Assembly: GCA_016192545.1 (NCBI GenBank)
Contig: JACPTX010000053.1
Coordinates: 1,129-65,128 of the forward strand
Length of the DNA stretch: 64,000 nucleotides
From: Candidatus Omnitrophota bacterium
GTDB taxonomy: Bacteria; Omnitrophota; Gorgyraeia; Aquiviventales; Aquiviventaceae
Direction of reading: 5' to 3'
In this document: piece by piece, positions 1 through 8,449 of the stretch
How positions within the stretch are numbered: the first letter of the stretch is position 1
Layout: each line of letters begins with the position of its first letter
Notes under the pieces: model-generated
Databases searched by the model: none
The model's input: only the letters and a program-made list of their open reading frames with translations
What the model was told of the DNA's origin: nothing
Translations under genes and position numbers: made by a program

Positions 1-521
1 AACAGCCACAGCCACACAATCTCGTTGAAACGCCCGAACGACTGCGCGGTGGCCAGCCATCCGCCGAGCGGCGCCATGGACCAGGCGAGGCCCAATCCCG
101 CATGGCAGAAGCTCGTGAAGCGCTTGAGGTAGGGATAGCCGACGAACAGCCCGAGCGGCAGCCACGCCCATTGCAGGCAGACCGGGGCGATCGCGCCGGC
201 CGCGGCGAAGTAGATCGTGTTGGCGAGGATGATGACGAGCCAGGCCTCCCACCGCGCCATCGCGCCGCGCGGCAGCTCCCGCATCTGCGTGCGGGGGTTG
301 CGGCGGTCAAGCTCGGCGTCGATGAGCCGGTTAAGCCCCATCGCGGTCACGCGCCCACCGACGGCGGCCAGCAGAATCAGCATGGCAAGCCGCGCGGAAG
401 GCCATCCCTGAGCGCCGACCAGCGCGCCCGCGTAGATGAGCGGCAGCGAGAAAATCGTGTGCTCCAGCTTCACGAAGCCGGCGTAGGTTTTCAGACGGTC
501 AAGCGCAAGGGCGATAGTCAT
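1..521 (-). CDS. UbiA-family prenyltransferase (5' part only; 3' end lies outside the window)
   Basis: Own minus-strand translation from ATG 521..519: MTIALALDRLKTYAGFVKLEHTIFSLPLIYAG...GLNRLIDAELDRRNPRTQMRELPRG... The NRxxDxxxDxxNPRT Asp-rich motif and hydrophobic helices are typical of UbiA/MenA prenyltransferases. Not in the ORF track because no stop lies in the window. Confidence 0.7.
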   Translation of the reverse strand, partial: MTIALALDRLKTYAGFVKLEHTIFSLPLIYAGALVGAQGWPSARLAMLILLAAVGGRVTAMGLNRLIDAELDRRNPRTQMRELPRGAMARWEAWLVIILANTIYFAAAGAIAPVCLQWAWLPLGLFVGYPYLKRFTSFCHAGLGLAWSMAPLGGWLATAQSFGRFNEIVWLWL

Positions 522-694
522 AACTGGAGTGTCCTACACTCGTGTCGGCTTCGCGGGTGACGCGGAGCGGGGGAAGCGGGCCGCCGCCTGCGGCATCCGG
601 CACTCCCTTCGGCGACCCCGCCCTGGGCGGGGTGCCCGCCTCGGTCGCAGGACCCGCGAAACTCCACCATTGTGACACCGGCGAGGCGGCCGGG

Positions 695-1393
695 TCAAGT
701 CACGCGGCAGCGCAGGAGCGTCCAGACCGCGGCGAAGAAATCCCTCCCGCGGATTTTCTTCCCTTCGCGCACGGTCCGGCCGTGGTAGCCGATGGGGACC
801 TCGTAAAACCTGGCCCCGCGCCTGGCGAGCTTGGCCGTCACCTCCGGCTCGAACTCAAACCGCGTCGCCCGCAGCTTCAATCCCATCAGCCGCTTGCGCG
901 GAAATATCTTGTAGCACACCTCGAGGTCCGTCAGCCGCAGCCCGTACAGCAGGTTGGTCAGCCCCGTCAGCAGGCGGTTGGCGACGCAATTGGGCAGGGC
1001 CATCCCCGCCGGCCACCACCGTCCCAGGAACCGGCTGCCGTAGACGATCTCCGCGCGCCCGTCGAGGATCGGCCGCAGCAGCTTCGGGATGTCGGTCGGC
1101 TTGTATTCGAGATCGCCGTCCTGCACCAGCACCAGGTCTCCGGAAGCGTGCTTGAGCCCCTGGCGGATGCAGGCACCCTTGCCGCGGTTCGTCCGGTTGC
1201 GCAGGAGCGTCATGGGCACGCGGCCGACGGCGCCGCGCAGCCGCTGCTCGATCGCGTACGTGCGGTCGGTGCTGTGGTCGTCCACGAGGATGAGCTCGTA
1301 GTCCACGGGAATCTTCACGGCGAGGATGCGGTGGATGAGCCGCTCGATGGTGCGTTCCTCGTTGAATGTTGGAATGAGGATGGAGAGTTTCAC
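695..1393 (-). CDS. Family-2 glycosyltransferase (DPM1/GtrB-like)
   Basis: 232-aa ORF with ILIPTFNEERTI, LILVDDHSTDRT and VQDGDLEY motifs characteristic of GT2 enzymes. Confidence 0.85.
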   Translation of the reverse strand: MKLSILIPTFNEERTIERLIHRILAVKIPVDYELILVDDHSTDRTYAIEQRLRGAVGRVPMTLLRNRTNRGKGACIRQGLKHASGDLVLVQDGDLEYKPTDIPKLLRPILDGRAEIVYGSRFLGRWWPAGMALPNCVANRLLTGLTNLLYGLRLTDLEVCYKIFPRKRLMGLKLRATRFEFEPEVTAKLARRGARFYEVPIGYHGRTVREGKKIRGRDFFAAVWTLLRCRVT

Positions 1394-1710
1394 AAGAACA
1401 GCGGGATGAGCGGGGCGATCTTGGCGGCCAGCGGGATGGCGACGCCGAGCAGCCGAAACACGCCCCGCGTGGTCAGCGTGATGGTATTGAGCGCCCCGCC
1501 GATAGCCCCGCCCAGGGTCCCGAGGATGGGCGGGCCGGACATCGTGCCCTGCAGGACGCCGACCGGAAGCGAGAGCGCCCCGCCGACGATGTCGGCGACG
1601 CCTCCGATCAAGTCGTTATCCGCCCGCGCGGTGCCGGCGAGGGGGCCAACGGCCAAGAAGAGCGCCAGCCCGGCGATAGTCAGCCAGCGCCGGCGCGGAT
1701 GGTCAGCCAC
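1390..1710 (-). CDS. Small Gly-rich secreted/membrane protein, unknown function
   Basis: 106-aa ORF. N-terminal RRRWLTIAGLALFLAVGPLAGTARA looks like a signal peptide, followed by Gly-zipper-like GGxxG runs. Overlaps both neighbours by 4-8 nt, consistent with operon membership. Confidence 0.45.
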   Translation of the reverse strand: MADHPRRRWLTIAGLALFLAVGPLAGTARADNDLIGGVADIVGGALSLPVGVLQGTMSGPPILGTLGGAIGGALNTITLTTRGVFRLLGVAIPLAAKIAPLIPLFL

Positions 1711-2185
1711 CGTAGTGCCACCCGGTGTCGGCCAGCGTCAGGGCGAGGGCCTCTTTGTCCCGCACGCCGGCCTCCACGACTTCGCCGATGACGACCGCGT
1801 GGTCGCCCGCCTGATTGGCGATCTCGCGCACCTCGCACTCGACGTGCGCGATGGCCTCTTCGAGAATCGGGGCGCCGGTCTTGCCGAGACGGTGCGGGAC
1901 GCCGGTCAGCTTCTCTCCGGAGGTTGTGGCGGGCTTGACGAAGTGTTCGGCGACAGGCTTCTGCTGCTTGCCGAGGATGTTGATGGAGAACACGCGGCTG
2001 GCCTGGATCATGGCGAGGGAATGGCTGTCCTTGCGGATGCCGACGGCGACGAGCGGCGGGGTGAACGAGGCCTGGTTGAGCCACGTCGCGGTGAAGGCGT
2101 TGAGCCGGCCGTTCTGGTGCGTGCCGACGATGAACACGCCGTGCGGGATCTTGCGCAGGGCGATTTTTTTGGCTTCAAGGTCCAT
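1703..2185 (-). CDS. Flavin reductase-like (FMN-binding split-barrel) protein
   Basis: 160-aa ORF. HGVFIVGT...NAFTATWLNQASFTPPLVAVGI...HVECEV pattern is typical of flavin reductase domain proteins. Confidence 0.8.
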   Translation of the reverse strand: MDLEAKKIALRKIPHGVFIVGTHQNGRLNAFTATWLNQASFTPPLVAVGIRKDSHSLAMIQASRVFSINILGKQQKPVAEHFVKPATTSGEKLTGVPHRLGKTGAPILEEAIAHVECEVREIANQAGDHAVVIGEVVEAGVRDKEALALTLADTGWHYGG

Positions 2186-2188
2186 GGC

Positions 2189-2893
2189 TCAGCCGATGTG
2201 CGAGGCCAGGAACGCCAGCGTTCGCTGCCAGGCGTCCCGCGCCTCCTGCGGCCGGTACACGTCGGGCCGCGTGTCATTGAAGAACGCGTGGGGGCAGTCA
2301 GGGTAGATTTTCACCTCGCCGGGGCGGCCGAACTGCTTCAGGCCCTCGGCCAGCCGCTCGGCCTCCCGCTTGACGATCCACGCGTCCTGCCCGCCGTGAA
2401 TATAGAGAATGGGCGCCACGAGGTACTTGAGGCTGTCCGTCGGAGGAATCTGCCCGTAGAACGGGATGGCCGCCTTGATGTCCGAGTTGTGGGCGGCCAT
2501 CATCAGCGCGAACGTCCCGCCGATGGAGAAGCCCACGACGCCGAGCCTGATCGGATCCACGAACGGCTGCCGCGTGAGATAGCGCGTGGCGGCGTTGAGG
2601 TCCGTGAGGACCTGCTGGGACTTGAGGCCCTCCATCAGCTTCGCGGCCTCGGTGGGATCGTTGGTGACCTTACGGCCCACCCGCGAGTAGAGATCCGGCG
2701 CGAGCGCCGCGTAGCCTTCGCGGGCGAAGCGCTGGGCGACGTCTTTGATGTGGCCGTTCAGCCCCCACCATTCATGAATGATGAGCACCGCAGGCCCGGG
2801 CTTCGCCGCCTCCGGGCGCGCCAGGAAGGCGCGCAGCGCGGCTTCCCCGGCGGGGATCGTCACGTCGCTGGTGAGCAGCTCGGCCACCGGCAT
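2189..2893 (-). CDS. Dienelactone hydrolase family protein
   Basis: 234-aa ORF with LIIHEWWGLNGHIKDVAQRFAREGYAALAPDLY, GVVGFSIGG and HGGQDAWI...CPHAF, the DLH alpha/beta-hydrolase signature. Confidence 0.85.
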   Translation of the reverse strand: MPVAELLTSDVTIPAGEAALRAFLARPEAAKPGPAVLIIHEWWGLNGHIKDVAQRFAREGYAALAPDLYSRVGRKVTNDPTEAAKLMEGLKSQQVLTDLNAATRYLTRQPFVDPIRLGVVGFSIGGTFALMMAAHNSDIKAAIPFYGQIPPTDSLKYLVAPILYIHGGQDAWIVKREAERLAEGLKQFGRPGEVKIYPDCPHAFFNDTRPDVYRPQEARDAWQRTLAFLASHIG

Positions 2894-3493
2894 CTAGCCC
2901 CCGATGTCCTTGAGGATCTCGTCGAACGGTTTGGCGACGCAGGTGAAGATGGGCGTATCACGCTGGGTGTAGCGGCGCGCCTTGCTCTCGCGCATCTCCA
3001 TCACGAGATCGAGGAAATCCTGCGGCCGGTCCGACTCGAAGGCCAGCACGAACTCCGGATCGTCCAGGCCGAAGGCGTACGTCGTGTGGATCCTCACCGA
3101 CGGGTACTTGTTGCCCAGCACGATGTGCTCGTCCATCATCGCCTGCCGCTGCTCGAAGGGGAGCGCGTACCACTCCGGCGTCTTCACGAACGGGTAGACG
3201 AACAGGTATTTGCTGTGGAACGGCGTGATGAACCGCCGCTTGTCCGGGTGGTCCGGATCGAGCTTGTCCACGTAGATCGAACGCTTCGTCATGGACAGGT
3301 ACGAGTGGGGCATGGAGAGGTAGCCGGCCATCGCGGTCTGCCGGACCGCCGCGGACATCTCCTGCAACTGCTCCAGGGACTGCCCCACCCGCCAGATGAG
3401 GAAATCCACATCGGCCTTGAGGCCGACGAGCGAGTAGGTCAGCACCATCACGGTGGCGGGTGTGGGTTGAACGGCGACGCCCTCACGTGCCAT
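2894..3493 (-). CDS. Chlorite dismutase family protein (short Cld/HemQ-like)
   Basis: C-terminal KYLFVYPFVKTPEWYALPFEQRQAMMDEH...HTTYAFGLDDPEFVLAFESDRPQDFLDLVMEMRESKARRY matches the Cld/HemQ fold. Start moved to internal ATG 3493 (MAREGV...), which forms a TGATG junction with the upstream gene. The 315-aa track ORF has an implausible Pro/Arg/Gly-rich extension. Confidence 0.7.
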   Translation of the reverse strand: MAREGVAVQPTPATVMVLTYSLVGLKADVDFLIWRVGQSLEQLQEMSAAVRQTAMAGYLSMPHSYLSMTKRSIYVDKLDPDHPDKRRFITPFHSKYLFVYPFVKTPEWYALPFEQRQAMMDEHIVLGNKYPSVRIHTTYAFGLDDPEFVLAFESDRPQDFLDLVMEMRESKARRYTQRDTPIFTCVAKPFDEILKDIGG

Positions 3494-5100
3494 CAGATGA
3501 GCCGGCGGTAGTCTTCGACGTCCAGCTTCCAGACCGGGACGCCGCAGAAGCGGTCGCCTTCCGGGCAGTAGGGCGCGACCTTCGCCTGGGAACGCAGCGT
3601 GCATGGGGCGCCGAGATACCGGCCGATGTCCGGAAAGCGCTCCGCCACCTGCAGGACCTCCTCGCGGCAGGTGTTCCAGATTTCCTCCTGCGCGGTGTAG
3701 CACAGCCGCTGGACCCATTTGTGGTGGAAGTGCAGCAGGTCGCCGGATTCCTCGAAGCGGATCGGGAAGGCGTTGGGCAGCAGGTAGAGCGCGAATTCCA
3801 TCGGCGTGTCCAGCTCCAGCAGGCGGCGGATCGCCTCCCACGTCACGCGCATGAGCTCGTCGTAGCAGTCCCGCGCCGCCGGGGTGGCGGCGATCAGCGC
3901 CGGCACGAGGTAGTCCGGGCGGTCCGCCGTGAAATGGCTCGCCAGCACCGGGCGCGAGGCCGGCACCATCCGGTGGCGCTGGTCCTGCGAGTCGGCGGTG
4001 TGCGAGAGCTTCTTCTTGAAGGTGAAGTGGGGATGGACCATCGCGCGCGTGAGCTTGCTGACGGTCGTGAGCGTCAGCGTATCCGACAGGTACGGGTTGC
4101 TGGCGGGATTCAGCACCAGCCCGATGGCCTGGGAGTCGGAGAGCCCATCCTTCGGCAATCCCAGCACCGAGCGGACGGCCTGCGCCATCGTCGCCTGCCC
4201 CTGGACCTTGTAGTCCACGAGCTTCGAGGCGAGGCCCCCAAGCTCCTGGTCGAACTCGTCGAGGAACGCGCGCCCGGCCTGCCCCGCCCCGTTGCGGGCG
4301 GCGGTGCCGTTGCTCAGGGGCCGGTGCAGCATCTCGAAGGCCTGGTACTCCAGCGTGCGCTCAAGCGGGATCGGCTCCCCCGCCAGCTCCATGAACTGCG
4401 GGTCCACCCGGCGGACTTCCTCCACCATTTTCTGGACGACGAGGCGCTGCTCCAGCGGCGCGTCGAGCTCCTCGCACAGCCGCCAGTAGCGGTGCAGGGT
4501 GATGCCGCTGACGGTATGGTAGAGATGCGCGTGCGTCGCGACAGGCAGCGCGTAGCGCGCCACCTCCTGGCACCGTTTGTGAATGGAGCCCGCCCAGCGC
4601 TTCTCCGACGGATCCCTCGACGGGAACAGCCGGCGGTACTCCGCGGTCACCGCGGGCTCGACCAGCTCGATGAGGCGGTGGTACGCGCCCATCTGCAGGC
4701 GGACCGTCTCCAGGTAGACCGCGCGGGCCTCCTCGCCCAGCGGGGGCACGGTGACGTTGCCCGGCTTGACCTCGACAAAACGTTGGCTGACTTGTTCCGA
4801 ATTGTAAAAGGGATGACTATGCAGGAACGACCAGATGAACTGCCGCGAGACCCGCTCGAGCACGAACTGGAACGTGGGGTGCTGGATGGTCGTGTGGTGC
4901 CCGGCGCGGTAGATGCTCTCGGCGATGCGGTCGCGCTGGGCGCGGGCCTTCTCGTCCCGGTCCACGTCGGAGGCCGAGATGACCTGCGACGAATAGCAGG
5001 TCCTCGCCGTCGCAATCGAGAGATTGTACGGCTGCTGGAAGTAGTTCTCGAGCCGGACAATCGGCTCGGGCGTGATGGACAGCGAGGCGACGTCGGACAT
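3493..5100 (-). CDS. thyX: FAD-dependent thymidylate synthase, double-domain ThyX-like
   Basis: 535 aa. N half has ARTCYSS...AGHHTTIQHPTFQFVLERVSRQF...SEQVSQRF (degenerate ThyX motif). C half has SHTADSQDQRHRMVPAS (RHR motif). Length fits a pseudo-dimeric tandem ThyX. Confidence 0.6.
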   Translation of the reverse strand: MSDVASLSITPEPIVRLENYFQQPYNLSIATARTCYSSQVISASDVDRDEKARAQRDRIAESIYRAGHHTTIQHPTFQFVLERVSRQFIWSFLHSHPFYNSEQVSQRFVEVKPGNVTVPPLGEEARAVYLETVRLQMGAYHRLIELVEPAVTAEYRRLFPSRDPSEKRWAGSIHKRCQEVARYALPVATHAHLYHTVSGITLHRYWRLCEELDAPLEQRLVVQKMVEEVRRVDPQFMELAGEPIPLERTLEYQAFEMLHRPLSNGTAARNGAGQAGRAFLDEFDQELGGLASKLVDYKVQGQATMAQAVRSVLGLPKDGLSDSQAIGLVLNPASNPYLSDTLTLTTVSKLTRAMVHPHFTFKKKLSHTADSQDQRHRMVPASRPVLASHFTADRPDYLVPALIAATPAARDCYDELMRVTWEAIRRLLELDTPMEFALYLLPNAFPIRFEESGDLLHFHHKWVQRLCYTAQEEIWNTCREEVLQVAERFPDIGRYLGAPCTLRSQAKVAPYCPEGDRFCGVPVWKLDVEDYRRLI

Positions 5101-5135
5101 CGTGGAGGGTTGGGGGTATCTTATGACGCGGGGCG

Positions 5136-6260
5136 TCAGACTTCAAGCACTTTCGGCGCTTCGGTGAGGAGCCGATAACCGTCCCGGGTGACGACGGCCA
5201 TGTCCTCGATGCGCATGCCGCCGGCGTCGGCGTAGTAGAGGCCCGGCTCGACCGTCACCACCATCCCTGCGCGCAGCGTGTCAGGGCGCGGGTTGATGCG
5301 GGGCGGCTCGTGGATTTCCAGCCCCACGCCGTGGCCGGTGCCGTGGAAGAAACCCTGCATGCGCCCGTCCTGCTCGCCGGTCTGAAAGCCTAACGACTCG
5401 AAGTGTTCGAGGATCGCCTTGTGGATGGCGGAGCCGTCCACCCCGTCGCGGATCAATCGGTAGGCGATCTCCTGCCCTCCCTGCACCGCCTCGAACATCC
5501 GGCGGACCTTGTCGGACGCCTTCCCCTTCACGACGGTGCGGGTGATGTCGGCGAAATAGCGCGTCACGGCGTGCTGGGGAAACACGTCCATCACGATCGG
5601 CTCGTGCGCGCGCAGGGGCCCCGAGCCTTCGTTGTGGGGGTCCACCGCCTGCAGGCCCGGCGCCACGATGGTGTGCTGGCCCACGCAGTCGCGCTCCATC
5701 ATCTGCAGGTGGAGGACCTTGCGGATGAACTCGACGGTGAGCGGCTTGCCGCCGATGCGCAGCGTCCCGTCCGGCAGGATCTCCGAATTGCGGATCAGCT
5801 CGATCGCGCACGCCAGCGCCTCCTCGGTCGCGCGCAGGGTCCGGGTGATGGCCGCGATTTCCTCCTCGGACTTGATCAGGCGCTCCGGGTAGAACGGCTC
5901 GGGCTTGGCCGCGACCTCATAGCCCCGCTGGCGCAGCCCGTCGGCGTAATGGACGCTGAAGTCGAGCGGCACCTCGATGGCCTGCACGCCGTGGCCCTTG
6001 AGCACCTCGTCCACCACGTCCACGAACCCCGCCTCGGCGCCGAGCCGGCGCTTGGCCTGCGCCGCGAACTTCGCGTAAGACAGCACGTCGGTGACCGTGG
6101 CCTGCGCGCGGGCCCGGTCAATCTCCAGGTCGCTCATCACGAGGATCTTGCGGCCGTTAATCTGTATGAAGATGAAGGCGTCCGGCGCCAGGAACCGGGT
6201 CGCGTAATAGAGGTTGGCGTTCTTCTCGCTGTCCGCGATGATGAGGCGGGCGGTGCTCAT
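5136..6260 (-). CDS. M24 family Xaa-Pro aminopeptidase
   Basis: 374 aa with creatinase-like N domain and pita-bread C domain carrying metal ligands (DVFPQ...YFADITRT, HGTGHGVGLEIHE, VEPGLY, RIED). Confidence 0.85.
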   Translation of the reverse strand: MSTARLIIADSEKNANLYYATRFLAPDAFIFIQINGRKILVMSDLEIDRARAQATVTDVLSYAKFAAQAKRRLGAEAGFVDVVDEVLKGHGVQAIEVPLDFSVHYADGLRQRGYEVAAKPEPFYPERLIKSEEEIAAITRTLRATEEALACAIELIRNSEILPDGTLRIGGKPLTVEFIRKVLHLQMMERDCVGQHTIVAPGLQAVDPHNEGSGPLRAHEPIVMDVFPQHAVTRYFADITRTVVKGKASDKVRRMFEAVQGGQEIAYRLIRDGVDGSAIHKAILEHFESLGFQTGEQDGRMQGFFHGTGHGVGLEIHEPPRINPRPDTLRAGMVVTVEPGLYYADAGGMRIEDMAVVTRDGYRLLTEAPKVLEV

Positions 6261-6284
6261 GCTCGGGCACTCTGGTCGCGCATG

Positions 6285-8012
6285 TCAGAAATCGAACTGG
6301 AAGGTGACGTGGAACAGGTGGTTGGAATCGTCGGTGAGGGGATCATCGCCGACGTTGAAGCCCCACTCGACTTTCGCAGACAGGTGGTCGTCAACCTGCA
6401 ACTGGAAGCCGGTGCCGATCCCCGTGAGGTTGCGCGATTCGCGCTCCTCAGCGGTGATCGCCCGCAGGCGCCCGTAGCCGCGGTCCACGAATGCCAGGAG
6501 CCGCAATTGATCCCGCAGGCGGCCCTTGGCCAGCGGCAGCTTCCACGCCTCCGGCAGGAACCGGCACGGGACGTGGTACTCCGCGCGCGCGATAAACCCC
6601 ATATCCGCCAGGTAGTCCCCTTCCGGATAGCCGCGCACTGAGCCTGACCCGCCGAGGTACAGCTCCTCCTGCGGGGTGAGCTTGGACGGCGAGAGCTGCG
6701 TCTCGACGCTGAGGACGGCCAGCGTCTGCCACGGCATCTTCTGGACGCGGCTCACCTGCATCCCGAACTTGAAGAAATCCGGATCCGCCCCGGGGCGGCT
6801 GGCGAGGAGGTTGTTCTCGCTCATCGCCCCAAGCGCCTTGAGCCCGAACGCATACTCGTTCGTCACCGACCACCGCCCCCATTGGTCGTTCACCTGGAAC
6901 CGCGGCTCGATCCGCAGGACGCGCAGCCGGTCGCGGCGGCTGACGTCGGCCTGCACCATGGTGCGGCTCTCCTTGAAGTCGAGCCCGGCCTGCGCCTCAA
7001 GCGACCAGCGCTCCTTTTCGAAGATTGATTGGATGACCGCCACGGTGTAGGTGTTGGACGTCCCATGCACGCCGAAGGGCTTGAACTGCCGCTTGGGCGA
7101 GGCCTGGGAGTGGGTGTACTGGAACATGAGCGTCGTGCCGTAGGGGCTCACCGGCACCGCGTAGTTCGTGTAGACCGCGCCGAATTCCTTCCCGAAGACC
7201 GTGCCGAGGATAAAGCGGTCATCGAAGCCGAGCAGGTTGTTGTGGCGGACCGACGCCCCGTAGCGGAAGCGTCCGATCGGCTTGGTGCCTTGCCGGTCCC
7301 AGGAGCCGCCCGCATGCATGGGAAGCTTCTCCGTGACCTTCAGGATGACATCTGTCTGGCCGGTTTCCTTGCCGGCCCGCAGCGCGGCCTGCACCTGCCG
7401 GTCCGGGTGCTTGTTCATGCGGGCCAGGTGCTTGACCATGGCCTGGTAGCGGAGCACCTCGCCGGGCTTGGTGCGCCAGTACCACTTCACCAGGCTCGTG
7501 TGGAAGTAGCGGTTGCCCTCCACGATGACCTCGCCCAGCTTGCCCTCAACCACCTGGATCATCGCTCGGCCTTCCTCGATGCGCTGGGGCGGGACATAGG
7601 CGATGGTCGTCAGATACCCTTGCTTGCGGTACTCCTTCTCAATCTTGTCGGCCAGCGCGATCAAATCGCTGACGCCGATCTCATGGTCTTGGTACTCCGC
7701 AATCAGCGGCCTGAACGTCTTGTCCGGCAGCGTGGTGTTGCCTTCGATCTGGATTTCTTTGAGGACGAACCGGACCTCTGCAGGTGGGGCGGGTTTTTCG
7801 ACGCGCTCCGGCTCGCGATCGATCACGGGCGGGCGGTGGACCGGGCGCTCTTTCTCCTCGCGCTCCCGATGGATGCGCTCTTCGATCACGTCCGACTCCG
7901 AGGCGGGATCCCGCACGACCTGCGCCGCGGCTGTCCCGCCCCACGACAGGAGCAGCAGCGCGACCGCGCCGCAGCGGGATATAAGACGGCTTAACGTTGC
8001 TGAAGCATTCAT
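6285..8012 (-). CDS. TpsB outer-membrane transporter of two-partner secretion (ShlB/FhaC/HecB family)
   Basis: Signal peptide MNASATLSRLISRCGAVALLLLSWGGTAAAQ from internal ATG 8012. POTRA-like region (VRFVLKEIQIEGNTTL) followed by a beta-barrel ending in the OMP signature ...FHVTFQFDF. Divergent from a TPS-domain giant gene. Confidence 0.85.
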   Translation of the reverse strand: MNASATLSRLISRCGAVALLLLSWGGTAAAQVVRDPASESDVIEERIHREREEKERPVHRPPVIDREPERVEKPAPPAEVRFVLKEIQIEGNTTLPDKTFRPLIAEYQDHEIGVSDLIALADKIEKEYRKQGYLTTIAYVPPQRIEEGRAMIQVVEGKLGEVIVEGNRYFHTSLVKWYWRTKPGEVLRYQAMVKHLARMNKHPDRQVQAALRAGKETGQTDVILKVTEKLPMHAGGSWDRQGTKPIGRFRYGASVRHNNLLGFDDRFILGTVFGKEFGAVYTNYAVPVSPYGTTLMFQYTHSQASPKRQFKPFGVHGTSNTYTVAVIQSIFEKERWSLEAQAGLDFKESRTMVQADVSRRDRLRVLRIEPRFQVNDQWGRWSVTNEYAFGLKALGAMSENNLLASRPGADPDFFKFGMQVSRVQKMPWQTLAVLSVETQLSPSKLTPQEELYLGGSGSVRGYPEGDYLADMGFIARAEYHVPCRFLPEAWKLPLAKGRLRDQLRLLAFVDRGYGRLRAITAEERESRNLTGIGTGFQLQVDDHLSAKVEWGFNVGDDPLTDDSNHLFHVTFQFDF

Positions 8013-8025
8013 GGGGAAACCGTTG

Positions 8026-8054
8026 ACTATAACAAAAACACATGTCCGATGCAA
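8026..8054 (-). promoter_or_regulatory. Candidate promoter of tpsB (extended -10 TGtTATAGT)
   Basis: Minus strand reads ...TTGCAT-N17-TATAGT preceded by TG. The -10 ends 13 nt before ATG 8012, implying a very short leader. Same TGnTATAnT form as the nuoA and msbA-like promoters. Confidence 0.35.
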
Positions 8055-8117
8055 GCATTCATGCGGGTCATGCGAGTGCCCCGTGCATATTGGCCTGTCA
8101 GGTGTCAAAACTGCTAC

Positions 8118-8143
8118 TTTTACCAGACTACAGTCTGGTAAAA
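8118..8143. promoter_or_regulatory. Perfect 12-bp inverted repeat TTTTACCAGACT-AC-AGTCTGGTAAAA in the tpsB/tpsA divergent region
   Basis: Read directly from the sequence. Lies in AT-rich intergenic DNA between divergent TPS genes. Candidate operator or hairpin. Confidence 0.4.
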
Positions 8144-8178
8144 ATACAATGTAATGTCCTCATTTGGCGGGTGACGCG

Positions 8179-8239
8179 GGTTTGCGGGGACACGATATTG
8201 TGTCCTATCGCTATTTCGCATATCGTGTCCCCGGAATTA
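8179..8239 (+). repeat. 61-bp hairpin repeat, copy 1 (second copy at 18699..18759)
   Basis: ggtttgcGGGGACACGATATtgtgtcctatcgctatttcgcATATCGTGTCCCCggaatta. Identical to 18699..18759 except one base (8184 g vs 18704 c). Has a 13-bp stem and 21-nt loop. Both copies are in the same orientation. Confidence 0.9.
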
Positions 8240-8304
8240 AAAATAGCGGCGCTCCCTCGACGGAGCACCGTCGGATCAGGTAAACTTAACCTTAGAACTC
8301 ACAA

Positions 8305-8400
8305 CTGGTTGTGCTGAAAAAGGCAAACTATCCGAAAGGGTAGGACGCAAAGCTACCGGTCCCGGTGCCAGGCACCGGCGATAGCGGGGCTGCCAGCGTA
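8305..8400 (+). promoter_or_regulatory. c-di-GMP-I (GEMM-I) riboswitch aptamer
   Basis: GGCAAACUAUCCGAAAGGGUAGGACGCAAAGCUACCGG...CCGGCGAUAGCGGGGCUGCCAGC aligns block by block with the V. cholerae Vc2 aptamer as recalled. Shared blocks are GGCAAAC, a GAAA-capped P2 hairpin, GACGCAAAGC, a P3 CCGG/CCGG stem and AGCGGGG. GCUG(8313-16)/CAGC(8394-97) can close P1. Confidence 0.85.
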
Positions 8401-8414
8401 AGTAAGTCCTTACG

Positions 8415-8442
8415 ACGTCCTCCGTTTCGGGGGACGTTTTTT
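8415..8442 (+). terminator. Intrinsic terminator (riboswitch expression platform)
   Basis: ACGTCCTCC-GTTTC-GGGGGACGT gives a 9-bp stem with one G-U pair, followed by a T-run, ending 8 nt before the tpsA ATG. The 5' arm CGTCCT can alternatively pair with aptamer AGGACG (8342-8347). Confidence 0.75.
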
Positions 8443-8449
8443 CATTCGC

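Noticed and set aside
542-3511. 989-aa ORF on the + strand
   Set aside because: It lies antisense to five well-supported minus-strand genes. The sequence is Arg/Gly/Ala/Pro/His-rich low-complexity with no recognisable domain, a typical high-GC shadow ORF.
3460-5178. 572-aa ORF on the + strand
   Set aside because: Antisense to the ThyX-like gene. Low-complexity Arg/Ala/Gly composition with no motifs.
8240-8304. Promoter for the riboswitch transcript (TCGACG-N18-TAAACT)
   Set aside because: The match to consensus is weak and alternatives are equally poor. The TSS cannot be placed from sequence alone.
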